64,000 nucleotides of DNA from Flammeovirgaceae bacterium UBA2338. Lineage in GTDB: Bacteria > Bacteroidota > Bacteroidia > Cytophagales > Cyclobacteriaceae. Position 1 is the first letter of the stretch, and each line of letters begins with the position of its first letter. Positions 19,069-28,527 of the stretch are shown piece after piece. Under the pieces are notes generated by a model that saw only the letters and a program-made list of their open reading frames with translations, made no database searches and was not told the DNA's origin. Both the position numbers and the translations under genes were made by a program. The DNA lies in assembly GCA_002344795.1 (NCBI GenBank), contig DDUM01000054.1:66062-130061 (forward strand). Direction: 5' to 3'.

Positions 19069-19302
19069 ATGAGTGCAATTGAATTGAAAAAGAACCTTCA
19101 TAAAATTGTTGATCGCATTGAGGATGAAAGGTTGCTTAGAACTATATGCAGCTTTCTGGAAGTAAGAGAGAAGTCGACTGATGGACAGATGTGGGATTCC
19201 CTGACTGAAAGTCAGAAAAGGGAAGTTCTTGAGGCATATGCAGAATCAGAAAATGATTCAAACCTAATTGAAGACAAGGATGTTTGGGAAGGCCTAAAAT
19301 GA
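19069..19302 (+). CDS. Putative antitoxin (addiction-module-like)
   Basis: 77 aa, acidic C-terminus LTESQKREVLEAYAESE; ATGA overlap with the RelE/ParE gene. Confidence 0.7.
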   Translation: MSAIELKKNLHKIVDRIEDERLLRTICSFLEVREKSTDGQMWDSLTESQKREVLEAYAESENDSNLIEDKDVWEGLK

Positions 19303-19589
19303 AACTAGTCTGGACTGAGAAAGCCAAAGCAAGAATGGCCGAAATCTTAGATCACATTGAACTAGAATTCGGTATCGCCTCCCGACAATCATTTAGAGAA
19401 AAGGCAAAAGACTTTACCAGGTTGCTAATCGAGTTTCCCGAAATTGGAACCTTGGAAATCAAAGACAAGAATTTGAGGGGTTTTCAACTGACTAAGCAAA
19501 CAAGAATATTTTATCGTATAAAGAAAGATCAAATCGTTATTTTAACTTTTTTCGATTCAAGGCAAGACCCAAAGAAAAGGCCATTGTAG
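19299..19589 (+). CDS. RelE/ParE family toxin
   Basis: MKLVWTEKAK...LIEFPEIG...LRGF...RIFYRI...ILTFFDSRQDP; start ATG 19299. Confidence 0.85.
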   Translation: MKLVWTEKAKARMAEILDHIELEFGIASRQSFREKAKDFTRLLIEFPEIGTLEIKDKNLRGFQLTKQTRIFYRIKKDQIVILTFFDSRQDPKKRPL

Positions 19590-19692
19590 AGGTTTTTGTA
19601 TTATTTTTTGGTTGGATCTGTGATACCAGCAGTGTATATACTGTAAGGTTTATAATTCAATTTCTATTAATTTCAATTCTAATCTTTTAGGC

Positions 19693-22600
19693 ATGGTTGT
19701 ACATCCTCGCATAATATTCTTTTTTACTATTCTCGTAATGGTAACCTTCGTTCCGGTTGCGGCTCAGCAGTTTGATGCTGAGAATTTCTCGAATCTAAAA
19801 ATTCGCAATGTTGGGCCTGCCAATATGAGTGGGCGAATTACTGCTATTGATGTAGTGCAGTCCAATACTAAAATTATTTATCTGGGAGCAGCCTCTGGTG
19901 GTGTGTGGAAATCTGAAAATGGGGGAAGCGCCTGGGAAAGTATTTTTGACGAGAATCCCACTCAAAATATTGGTGCTATAGCGGTGCAACAAAATAATCC
20001 AAGCGTGGTATGGGTGGGTACCGGAGAAGGTAATCCACGCAACTCTATGAACCTTGGATTGGGGTTGTTCAAAAGTTTAGATGCGGGAACAACATGGGAA
20101 AACGTGGGATTGGAGAATTCTAAAGCCATTCATCGTATTCTTATCGATCCTCACAATCCCAATACTGTTTATGTGGGTGTGATGGGCGATCCATTTACTC
20201 CTGATAACAATAGGGGTGTTTATAAAACGATAGATGGAGGAAAAACTTGGAACAAGATTTTGTTCACCAACAGCCAATCTGGTGTAGGGGATATGGTGAT
20301 GGATCCATTTAATCCCAATAAGATATTTGCTGCCATGTATGAGCATCATCGTACGCCCTACAGCTTTACTTCAGGGGGACCGGGTTCTGGTTTGTACCTC
20401 ACTCATGACGGGGGCGAGACCTGGAAGAAATTAGGAGCTGAAAATGGATTGCCAAAAGGGGAAATGGGTCGGACGGGTATTGCCATTGCCAGGAGCAATC
20501 CAAATAGAGTATATGCCAAAGTGGAGGCTACCAAAAATGCTTTGTACAGAAGTGAAGATGGAGGACTTAGCTGGAAAATGATTAACGACAATCCACGGTT
20601 TACCAACAACCGACCTTTTTATTTTCAGGACATAGCGGTAGATCCGTTTGATGAGAATAGACTGTATAATATTTATCAGCCACTTTCAGTAAGTGAAGAT
20701 GGAGGTAAAAGTTTTGATCCGGAGCCGATGATCCCTGCAGATGAAACAAAAGGGATACATGCAGACTTCCACGCTTTTTGGGTTGACCCCAACGATCCGA
20801 CATTTTTTATTATTGGAGGTGATGGTGGTATTGGCATCACGCACGACAAAGGCAAGAGCTGGTATTTCCCTGAGAGTATACCAGTAGGGCAGTTTTATCA
20901 CATCAATGTGGATAACGATATGCCCTACAATGTATACGGAGGACTTCAAGACAATGGAAACTGGTCTGGTCCGGGGTATGTGTGGAAACGTGGAGGGATA
21001 AGAACTTTGTATTGGCAGTATTTGGTAGGAGGTGATGGCTTTTACATTTCCCCTGATGCTGAAAATTCGAGATTTGGTTATGGCACATCACAAAACGGAA
21101 ATCTCTACCGCTATGATAAACTAACCGGTTATTACCAAAGTATAATGCCTCCGGAGCCAGACCTTAAAACCAGGTTGCGGTTTAATTGGAATGCAGGATT
21201 TGCTCAAGACCTTACCAATAGTGCTACAGCATACTACGGAAGTCAATTCCTTCACAAGACAACAAACAAAGGAGCTACGTGGGAAATCATATCCCCTGAC
21301 CTCACAACAAATAACCCTGAACACCAAAAGCAGGATTATGGTGGATTGACCATTGATGCATCAGGAGCAGAAATTTATAATTCTATTTTGAGCATAGCGC
21401 CCAGTAAATTGGATAATAAAATCATTTGGGTAGGAACGGATGATGGCAATGTGCAATTGACACAAAACGGAGGACAGACGTGGAGTAACCTTACAGCAAA
21501 TATTAAAGGATTACCAAAGGAGAGTTGGATTGCGCAGATACAAGCATCCAGGTTTAATAAGGGCGAAGCATGGGTGGTAGCCAATAATTATAGAAAGGGG
21601 GATTTTAGTCCGTACCTGTACAGAACAAAGGACTTTGGAAAAACATGGCAACGTGTAGTTGATGGCACTAAAGTAAAGGGTTATGCACTTTCCTTAATGC
21701 AGGATACAGAAGAACCCAAACTTGTCTTTTTGGGCACTGAGAATGGATTGTGGATCAGCATAGATGAAGGGAAAAACTGGGAACAATTTCGAAATGGATT
21801 CCCTTCGGTATCCACTATGGATATGACCATTCAGGAACGTGAGTCCGCATTGATTGTGGGAACGTTTGGTCGCTCTATTTGGATTTTGGACGATCTAAAC
21901 ACTTTGAGGAAAGTAGCCGGGTCAGGAATTACAAAAGACCTTACCGTTTTTCCCGTCAATGAAACGGTTCAGGTAAAGGGACTTTTTATTAATCCACCCG
22001 GTAATATCTGGACAGGATTTCACACCACTTTTGAAGGAGAAAACAGACCTTTTGGAAGGGTTGAAATTCCATTCTATGTGAGAAATGTTTCAGAGATGGA
22101 TAGCGCAAATGTGAAGGGACTGATTTATGATGGGAATAATAGATTGATTCAAACTATTTCGTCATCCCAACTTGATAAGGGGTTGAATTATATCACCTGG
22201 AAATTGGATGAAGACAAAGCCAGACTTCCAGGGGCTTACATGGGAGATGATCCAAAAGGGATTCCGGTAGTACCCGGCAGCTATAAGGTTGTGTTGAGTT
22301 ATTTGGGCCAGAAAGATTCTACCGTGGTTAAGGTAATTCCTGATCCACGCTTTGATGATTTGACGGAAGTGGATGAATCCAATTATGAGATTTCGAAAAG
22401 ATTGGATGTGGCTACAGCCAAATTGGCTAAGGAACTTGAGCGAATTAATGAAAGTGAAGGCATTGTTGATCAAATTCTTCAGCAAATAAAAGCTAATGCG
22501 ACTGCAAGGGATGGCGAATTAGTGGAGGTTTCCGAAAAAATAAAGAAAGGGCTAAATGACTTAATGGATATGGCCCGGGCCCCCCGACCTAAAAAACAGG

Positions 22601-22833
22601 TGGGTGCCTGGAGTTCATTTGAGGTAACACCACAATCAAAACTTTCGGATGCACAACAAGCGTTAAGAGCACGTTTGTACAAACCATCGGTACAAGATGT
22701 TGAGAGAGTGGAGGTGGCAGAGCAACTGATCAATGAATTTGTAATAAAGTCTAATTCGTTTTTTGATAATGAATGGAAAACCTATCGCGACAAGGTGAAA
22801 TCAGCAAATCTCAATTGGTTTAAAGAAAAATGA
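19693..22833 (+). CDS. Secreted VPS10/BNR-repeat beta-propeller protein (often annotated glycosyl hydrolase)
   Basis: Signal peptide, RNVGPANMSGRI, many SxDxGxTW repeats, helical C-terminus. Confidence 0.85.
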   Translation: MVVHPRIIFFFTILVMVTFVPVAAQQFDAENFSNLKIRNVGPANMSGRITAIDVVQSNTKIIYLGAASGGVWKSENGGSAWESIFDENPTQNIGAIAVQQNNPSVVWVGTGEGNPRNSMNLGLGLFKSLDAGTTWENVGLENSKAIHRILIDPHNPNTVYVGVMGDPFTPDNNRGVYKTIDGGKTWNKILFTNSQSGVGDMVMDPFNPNKIFAAMYEHHRTPYSFTSGGPGSGLYLTHDGGETWKKLGAENGLPKGEMGRTGIAIARSNPNRVYAKVEATKNALYRSEDGGLSWKMINDNPRFTNNRPFYFQDIAVDPFDENRLYNIYQPLSVSEDGGKSFDPEPMIPADETKGIHADFHAFWVDPNDPTFFIIGGDGGIGITHDKGKSWYFPESIPVGQFYHINVDNDMPYNVYGGLQDNGNWSGPGYVWKRGGIRTLYWQYLVGGDGFYISPDAENSRFGYGTSQNGNLYRYDKLTGYYQSIMPPEPDLKTRLRFNWNAGFAQDLTNSATAYYGSQFLHKTTNKGATWEIISPDLTTNNPEHQKQDYGGLTIDASGAEIYNSILSIAPSKLDNKIIWVGTDDGNVQLTQNGGQTWSNLTANIKGLPKESWIAQIQASRFNKGEAWVVANNYRKGDFSPYLYRTKDFGKTWQRVVDGTKVKGYALSLMQDTEEPKLVFLGTENGLWISIDEGKNWEQFRNGFPSVSTMDMTIQERESALIVGTFGRSIWILDDLNTLRKVAGSGITKDLTVFPVNETVQVKGLFINPPGNIWTGFHTTFEGENRPFGRVEIPFYVRNVSEMDSANVKGLIYDGNNRLIQTISSSQLDKGLNYITWKLDEDKARLPGAYMGDDPKGIPVVPGSYKVVLSYLGQKDSTVVKVIPDPRFDDLTEVDESNYEISKRLDVATAKLAKELERINESEGIVDQILQQIKANATARDGELVEVSEKIKKGLNDLMDMARAPRPKKQVGAWSSFEVTPQSKLSDAQQALRARLYKPSVQDVERVEVAEQLINEFVIKSNSFFDNEWKTYRDKVKSANLNWFKEK

Positions 22834-22838
22834 TAGAG

Positions 22839-23921
22839 CTAAGCAGCAATAGGTTGATTGTATACCTTTCCTTCCCACTCCTCTAATCTTGGATTCATCA
22901 TATAAAACCATAGGGGAGGAACAAGGGCGATAATGATCATGGTGGGATAGCCGAATGGCAGTTGCGGACTGTAATCATAATGATTTAATACCTGGTACCG
23001 CTTGATGGCGTTGGCGTGATGATCGGAATGTCGCTGTAATTGGAACAAAAAGAAATTACTCATCACATGGCTGGAGTTCCAGGAATGCAGGGGATTTACT
23101 CTTTCTGGTTTCCCGTTTTTTTCTTTTCTTAGAATGCCATAATGCTCTACATAGTTTACCAATTCTAATAGTGTAAAGGCAAAGAAGCTTTGGGCAAAAA
23201 AGAACAGCGGTATCAGCCAATTGATGGTGCCTGCTGGGCTAAAAATGAAAGTGAGTAGCACACAAAAAAGAATAGGGAGAAGGGCAAACCAAATCATCTG
23301 ATTCTGCAAACTGAAGGCAGACAAACCTTTCCTTTTCAAACTTTCGATTTCCAGCTTCCAAGCATGGATGTATCCCAAAAATACAGAGCGCAACCAAAAC
23401 AGATAAAAGGTTTCATTTTTTCGTGAGGTGGCTGGGTCCTCTAGAGTAGCCACCTGAACATGGTGCCCCCGGTTATGCTCAATGTAAAAATGCATGTAGC
23501 TGACCGTCATCAATAGCAGCTTACTATAAAATCTTTCCAGGGAGGACTTTTTGTGACCGAGTTCGTGGGCGACAGTAATCCCAATTCCGCCAGTTACTAA
23601 TGAGAAGCTGATAATGAAACCTACCCACTCGTACCAAAAAGTAAGTGTGCCTGTGGAGACAACATAGGCTCCCCAGAAAACCATCCCCATCTGAAAGTAA
23701 GTCCAGATATAGGTGACGAAACGGTAATAAAACTCATTGCCTACAATTTTGGCTTTGTCACCTTCAATATTGGTAGAGTCTATTCCAATGAGCTGATCCA
23801 CAAGCGGAAGGACAACAAAAGCAAAACCAACAGCCAGAAAATTCCACCAACCACCCATATAGTAGCCCAAGACTACCAGTGCGGGAACTTCAAAAGCATA
23901 AAAGAATTTAAGTTTTCTCAA
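22839..23921 (-). CDS. alkB: Alkane 1-monooxygenase (integral-membrane di-iron)
   Basis: All four motifs present: HELGH, EHNRGHH, NYVEHYG, LQRHSDHH; TTG start. Confidence 0.92.
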   Translation of the reverse strand: MRKLKFFYAFEVPALVVLGYYMGGWWNFLAVGFAFVVLPLVDQLIGIDSTNIEGDKAKIVGNEFYYRFVTYIWTYFQMGMVFWGAYVVSTGTLTFWYEWVGFIISFSLVTGGIGITVAHELGHKKSSLERFYSKLLLMTVSYMHFYIEHNRGHHVQVATLEDPATSRKNETFYLFWLRSVFLGYIHAWKLEIESLKRKGLSAFSLQNQMIWFALLPILFCVLLTFIFSPAGTINWLIPLFFFAQSFFAFTLLELVNYVEHYGILRKEKNGKPERVNPLHSWNSSHVMSNFFLFQLQRHSDHHANAIKRYQVLNHYDYSPQLPFGYPTMIIIALVPPLWFYMMNPRLEEWEGKVYNQPIAA

Positions 23922-24065
23922 AAGTAGTAAAATTTGCTGCTTACGAATTTAGGAGATTATTGGTGAAAACGCCAGTAGATTATACCGTTGGTTGCCTCAT
24001 TGGCATCATGTATGTTTGGCATAATGACTTTCAACAACAAAAAAATAACTTTGTATTAATTAGAT

Positions 24066-24073
24066 TATCTTTG
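24066..24073 (+). promoter_or_regulatory. -7 promoter element TATCTTTG (second candidate TAACTTTG at 24046-24053)
   Basis: Exact TAnnTTTG matches about 105 nt before the helicase start. Confidence 0.6.
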
Positions 24074-24107
24074 TGGCGATATTGAGATTGGATGGATTGC
24101 CTCCCTT

Positions 24108-24163
24108 TGCTGCATGACCGCAGCATGTAAAATGTAAGGTGCTTCGTCTGGCCTTACATTTTT
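24108..24163 (+). promoter_or_regulatory. Structured 5' leader of the DEAD-box helicase (two hairpins)
   Basis: TGCTGC/GCAGCA (24108-24125) and AAAATGTAAGG/CCTTACATTTT (24129-24162). Confidence 0.55.
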
Positions 24164-24179
24164 AGTTAAAAACACATAT

Positions 24180-25862
24180 ATGAAATCATTTGATGCCCTC
24201 GGTCTGTCCGAGGAAGTAGTGAAGACTATCACTGAGATGGGCTTTGAAACGCCAACCCCTATTCAGGAGCAGGCAATTCCCATACTTTTAAAAGGAGATA
24301 CCGATCTTGTAGGATTGGCACAAACGGGTACTGGTAAAACAGCCGCCTTTGGACTTCCATTAATTGAATTGGTGGATTCCGGAAATAAGACTACCCAGGC
24401 ACTCATTGTAGCACCTACCCGCGAGTTGAGCGTACAGATTACGAGTGACTTGGAAAACTTTAGTAAATCGATAAAGTCTCTGAACATTGTTACGGTTTAT
24501 GGCGGTGCAAGTATTTCAGATCAAATTAGGAAGATAAAACGAGGAGCTAATATTATTGTGGCCACCCCGGGTCGATTGATCGATTTGATATCACGCAAAG
24601 TGGTAGATCTCACAGCTATTAAGTATCTCGTTCTTGATGAAGCGGATGAGATGCTTAACATGGGATTTAAGGAAGATATCGATGAAATACTTTCTACCAC
24701 CCCGAAAGAGAAAACAGTATGGTTGTTTTCTGCTACCATGCCCAGAGAGGTAAGGACGATAGCAAAGAACTACATGAAAGATCCTGTGGAGCTTACCATG
24801 GATGTTCAGAAGACGGGAAATGAAAATATAGAGCATCAGTATTCTGTGGTAAGTGAGCGCGACAAGTACCTGGCGTTGAAACGCCATGTTGATTACAATC
24901 CTGGAATTTTTGGCGTTATTTTTTGTCGTACCAAAATAGACACCCAAAAGATTGCAGAGCATCTGATCAAAGACGGCTACAGTGCGGATGCATTGCACGG
25001 AGATTTATCGCAGATGCAGCGCGACCGGGTGATGCGAAGCTTTAAAAACAATGCGTTACAATTACTGGTTGCTACGGATGTAGCTGCCCGTGGTATTGAT
25101 GTGAGTAACATTTCGCATGTTATCCATATGAATATGCCGGATGAGATGGAATTCTATACTCATCGCAGTGGACGAACTGCCAGGGCCGGGAAAAAAGGCA
25201 TCTCGTTGGCAATTGTATCCAAGCGGGAGATAGGAAGAATACAGCAGATTGAGCGAACTATTAAAAGACGATTTACAAAGGTATCCGTTCCCACAGGCAA
25301 TGAAGTGTGCCAAAAGAAACTGCTTGATTTGACTTACCGGGTGCGTGAAGTAGAGATCAATGAAAAGGAAATGGATTATTTTCTTCCGGAGGTATTTCAT
25401 GAGCTACAAAACTTATCCAAAGAAGATATCATCAAGCGTTTTGCAGCGATTGAGTTCAACCGCTTTTTAGCGTATTACAGAGATGCACCAGATTTGAATC
25501 AAAATGCGCCAGAGCGTCATGCTGATGATCGCGCATCCATTTCGTCAAATGCTGACCGGGTTTTTATCAACGTAGGTAAGATGGATGGTTTGGATAAAGG
25601 TAGTCTCCTCGGTTTAATATGCGACTTTGGAGAATTGGATAAATCCCATATTGGAAAGATTGACATAAAGGGAGCCTACTCATTTTTTGAAGTAACCAAG
25701 AAGGAGACAGAGAAAGTCTTTAAAGGGTTTGAAGATGTAGAGGTGAGGGGACGGGCAGTACGCCTTGAATTGACAAGCCCCAAGAAGGAGAAGTATTCAG
25801 ATAAGAAAAAGGAAAGGTTTTATGGGTCGAAGAACAAACCCAGAACCAGGAAAAGGTATTAA
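24180..25862 (+). CDS. DEAD-box RNA helicase with DbpA-type C-terminal RNA-binding domain (DeaD/CsdA-like)
   Basis: AQTGTGKT, PTREL, TPGRL, DEAD, SAT, HRSGRTAR; C-terminal VFINVG...FFEV. Confidence 0.93.
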   Translation: MKSFDALGLSEEVVKTITEMGFETPTPIQEQAIPILLKGDTDLVGLAQTGTGKTAAFGLPLIELVDSGNKTTQALIVAPTRELSVQITSDLENFSKSIKSLNIVTVYGGASISDQIRKIKRGANIIVATPGRLIDLISRKVVDLTAIKYLVLDEADEMLNMGFKEDIDEILSTTPKEKTVWLFSATMPREVRTIAKNYMKDPVELTMDVQKTGNENIEHQYSVVSERDKYLALKRHVDYNPGIFGVIFCRTKIDTQKIAEHLIKDGYSADALHGDLSQMQRDRVMRSFKNNALQLLVATDVAARGIDVSNISHVIHMNMPDEMEFYTHRSGRTARAGKKGISLAIVSKREIGRIQQIERTIKRRFTKVSVPTGNEVCQKKLLDLTYRVREVEINEKEMDYFLPEVFHELQNLSKEDIIKRFAAIEFNRFLAYYRDAPDLNQNAPERHADDRASISSNADRVFINVGKMDGLDKGSLLGLICDFGELDKSHIGKIDIKGAYSFFEVTKKETEKVFKGFEDVEVRGRAVRLELTSPKKEKYSDKKKERFYGSKNKPRTRKRY

Positions 25863-26461
25863 TCGTACGCCATTCGGAATAAGGCTCGCTTTTCTCCGGT
25901 GTAATCTTTGTCAATTTCCTTGATGTAATCTTTATTCTTTTCTAGAAATGCATTGTAGCGTGAGGCTACCCGGTCATATTGTGACCGGTATTCACCCACC
26001 CGTTGTTCGCTCATTTTTACTTTATCTATAAGCCTTTGGGCGGCCATATTTTTAACGAACTCAGTGTCAGCTTCTGCGAGGCTCAGTATTTCAGAAACCA
26101 GGGAATTGGAGGCAAAATCGTATTCTTCTATCACATAGTTATTGGCCAGTGATTTTTGTGTGAAACGAATTCGGTCTAATTGATCCAATCTCTGTTCAAG
26201 GGTGACTAACTCCTTATCGTCAAATTCTTCTTTTTGGTGCATCATTTGAATCAAACCATGCATGGCTTTGGTTTTTTCTTTTTCATCCCAGACCATCACA
26301 TTCCAGGCGTGCAACAAACTATCCTGAAGGATAAGATAAGTTTCTGTTAACGAGTCTATTTTAGTGAATGTGGTTTTCTGCTGTGTCGCTTGTTGTTTAT
26401 TACAAGACAGTAACCAGATAAGGGACGTTATAAGGACTATGTAAGACGCTTTTTTGATCAT
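25859..26461 (-). CDS. Helical lipoprotein, weakly LemA-like
   Basis: Lipobox LLSC; C-terminal RVGEYRSQYDRVASRYN resembles the LemA tail. Confidence 0.5.
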   Translation of the reverse strand: MIKKASYIVLITSLIWLLSCNKQQATQQKTTFTKIDSLTETYLILQDSLLHAWNVMVWDEKEKTKAMHGLIQMMHQKEEFDDKELVTLEQRLDQLDRIRFTQKSLANNYVIEEYDFASNSLVSEILSLAEADTEFVKNMAAQRLIDKVKMSEQRVGEYRSQYDRVASRYNAFLEKNKDYIKEIDKDYTGEKRALFRMAYD

Positions 26462-26513
26462 TCGTTATTTGTTCCCGTACATACGAAATTCATTCAAAAA
26501 TGTTAGAAATTAC

Positions 26514-26996
26514 TCAAACCGGTTTAAATTGTTCAAAAGCTTCTTTGCAATTATTGCAATAGTAGATTGCCCGACACAAAGTTGGACCAAACGGATTTTT
26601 AAGGTCTGTATTGGTTTGGTTGCATCTGGGGCATTCAGCATTTTCCAGAATTTCAAGATCGGTGAATAGCTTGCTGTCAGGTGGGGGGGCGAGGCCATAT
26701 TTTTTGAGAGCTGCCTTACCTTTTTCTGAAATAAGATCCGAACTCCATGGTTTTCTAAATGTAACTTCTACCTCAACTTCTTGCCCATGTTTTTGAAGTG
26801 TATCAATAATATCGTTTTTCATATAATCAATAGCCGGGCAGCCAACAAAGGTGGGGGTCATTTCTATTTTCACTTTGTCTCCGATAGAAACATTTGTAAT
26901 CACCCCCAGGTCAACTAAGGAAAGAACAGGTATCTCCGGATCTTTGACTTCTTCGAGCCACTCATAAATCTTTTCTATGGTAATAGTTTCTGCCAT
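26514..26996 (-). CDS. paaD: Phenylacetyl-CoA epoxidase subunit D
   Basis: VKDPEIPVLSLVDLG, TPTFVGCPA, WSSD...G..AL..YGLAPP, CPRC, FGPTLCRA..YC..C.EAFEQFK; start ATG 26996. Confidence 0.9.
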   Translation of the reverse strand: MAETITIEKIYEWLEEVKDPEIPVLSLVDLGVITNVSIGDKVKIEMTPTFVGCPAIDYMKNDIIDTLQKHGQEVEVEVTFRKPWSSDLISEKGKAALKKYGLAPPPDSKLFTDLEILENAECPRCNQTNTDLKNPFGPTLCRAIYYCNNCKEAFEQFKPV

Positions 26997-27027
26997 TCTT
27001 ATGAATAAGTAGTATCGACTGGTTCCA

Positions 27028-27783
27028 CTACCATTCTGCAGTTGGATCAATATTGAACACCTCGCTCATTTCATCCAGTAACGGTTGCAAATGTTCTGTA
27101 TGATTTCCTATACGCCCTCCATAATGGGGCGTTATGGTTTCCCATTTTGGAAGTTGTAATTGGGTTTGTGTAATGAGAGACTCTACTTTCTTTTTCCACT
27201 TTTCTTCCAAAGCTTTTTCTCCTTCAAATATCCCATCATTGATTAGGTCGCTTTCGTAGGGAGATGGCTCGAAAATACCAAGTGCATAAGGAAGGGCAAA
27301 TTCCAGTGATTGTTGAAGCCTGCTAATACTTTCTTTTGTCGCTGTTCCTAATTGCTTTACCCAAATATTGGCGTGCATTGTATGATACCGCAATTCACCT
27401 CGCACTTTGGTTGCCAACTGTGCAAGTGGCTCAAAGGAGGATTGACCTAACATTTCAAAACGAAGTGCCTCTGCTGTATCGTAAAGAAAGTGCCGGATTA
27501 AACTGAAGTCGTATTCTGCATTGGGAAGTTCGGTGAAAACGGTATTGTGAAACTGATCTGCGGTTCTTGTAAAGGCAGTGGTGTCTGGATCTTGCTCACC
27601 GAGGTCGTTCAAAATAGTATACAACGCCAGACTATGCCCTATTTTATCCTGCGCCATAGAAGAGAAGGCAATATCCTCTTCCAGTAATGGACCAAAACCT
27701 GTCCATTCAGAATTTCGATGACCTAAAATAAGTTGGTCATCTGCCATTTTATAAAGAAGTTCTTTGATGGCTTCGTGATTCAT
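27028..27783 (-). CDS. paaC: Phenylacetyl-CoA epoxidase subunit C
   Basis: ADDQLILGHRNSEW, LEEDIA, QDKIGH, ELRYH. Confidence 0.92.
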   Translation of the reverse strand: MNHEAIKELLYKMADDQLILGHRNSEWTGFGPLLEEDIAFSSMAQDKIGHSLALYTILNDLGEQDPDTTAFTRTADQFHNTVFTELPNAEYDFSLIRHFLYDTAEALRFEMLGQSSFEPLAQLATKVRGELRYHTMHANIWVKQLGTATKESISRLQQSLEFALPYALGIFEPSPYESDLINDGIFEGEKALEEKWKKKVESLITQTQLQLPKWETITPHYGGRIGNHTEHLQPLLDEMSEVFNIDPTAEW

Positions 27784-27808
27784 TTTTGTTTATGAATTAT
27801 AGTTGAAA

Positions 27809-28414
27809 TCATTTTTTTGATGCATCGAGAAAAGTTTTTAGTTTTTCACCTCCCTTATAGGCTGCGGCATCTCTGAATTTTTTTTCAGGCAGTGTAAGCC
27901 ATAGATCCAGGTCCTCTTGATTGGTAAACCTAATATCACTTGTGCGAATTGCCCAGATATTAAAAACCTGTTTTTCCGTTCTTAACTGTTTGCTGGCAAG
28001 CCAAAGCGCTTCATTTGGATTGGTCGCCTCTACTGTTCCCACATGCTGATGTTGTTTTCCGCGTTTGAACATGTGAAAAATTTCGTAAGAAGCTTTTTTG
28101 CCCTCTTGAGCAGCTTCACTCACATGGTCATATGCATCGTCATCACCTTCTGTTAAAACAGAGACATGAATATTTCTAGTTTCCGCTACATAAATAGAGA
28201 CACAGGTAAACCTTCTGGTGAATGCTTCTTTGGCCAGAACATACGCCATTTCCAGATTAGGGGCATGAACGATTCCTTCATGTTGGAAAGGTTTATTTGC
28301 CTTTGGCTGTACAAATACCTGAAAGGTTCCAAACTGATCCAGAGGTACTTTTGGGGTGGTATTGGCACTACCTGTTTGAGGTAATCGGTTGACTCTTGGA
28401 TCTAGGGATTTCAA
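27809..28414 (-). CDS. paaB: PaaB-like protein with two tandem PaaB domains
   Basis: aa ~31-85 FQVF..H.G.VHA..EMA..AKEAFTRR and aa ~110-186 YEIF..H.HVG.VEA..IW..EKKFR...Y; lies between paaA and paaC; TTG start. Confidence 0.85.
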   Translation of the reverse strand: MKSLDPRVNRLPQTGSANTTPKVPLDQFGTFQVFVQPKANKPFQHEGIVHAPNLEMAYVLAKEAFTRRFTCVSIYVAETRNIHVSVLTEGDDDAYDHVSEAAQEGKKASYEIFHMFKRGKQHQHVGTVEATNPNEALWLASKQLRTEKQVFNIWAIRTSDIRFTNQEDLDLWLTLPEKKFRDAAAYKGGEKLKTFLDASKK

Positions 28415-28527
28415 AGGATAATTATTTATGTTTTTTAATGTTACAAGCCTTAAACAATGAATTCAATTGAGAAAGTTAGCTTCATCCTCCGACTTACAAA
28501 ATGACTTTTGTCAGTCGGATTTACTGG

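Noticed and set aside
23960-24000. GGCAACC...GCGTTT as an ECF promoter for alkB
   Set aside because: Spacing and -10 element differ from the candidate at 33183-33211; a chance match is likely
26454-26669. 71-aa plus-strand ORF
   Set aside because: Antisense shadow of paaD and the lipoprotein start
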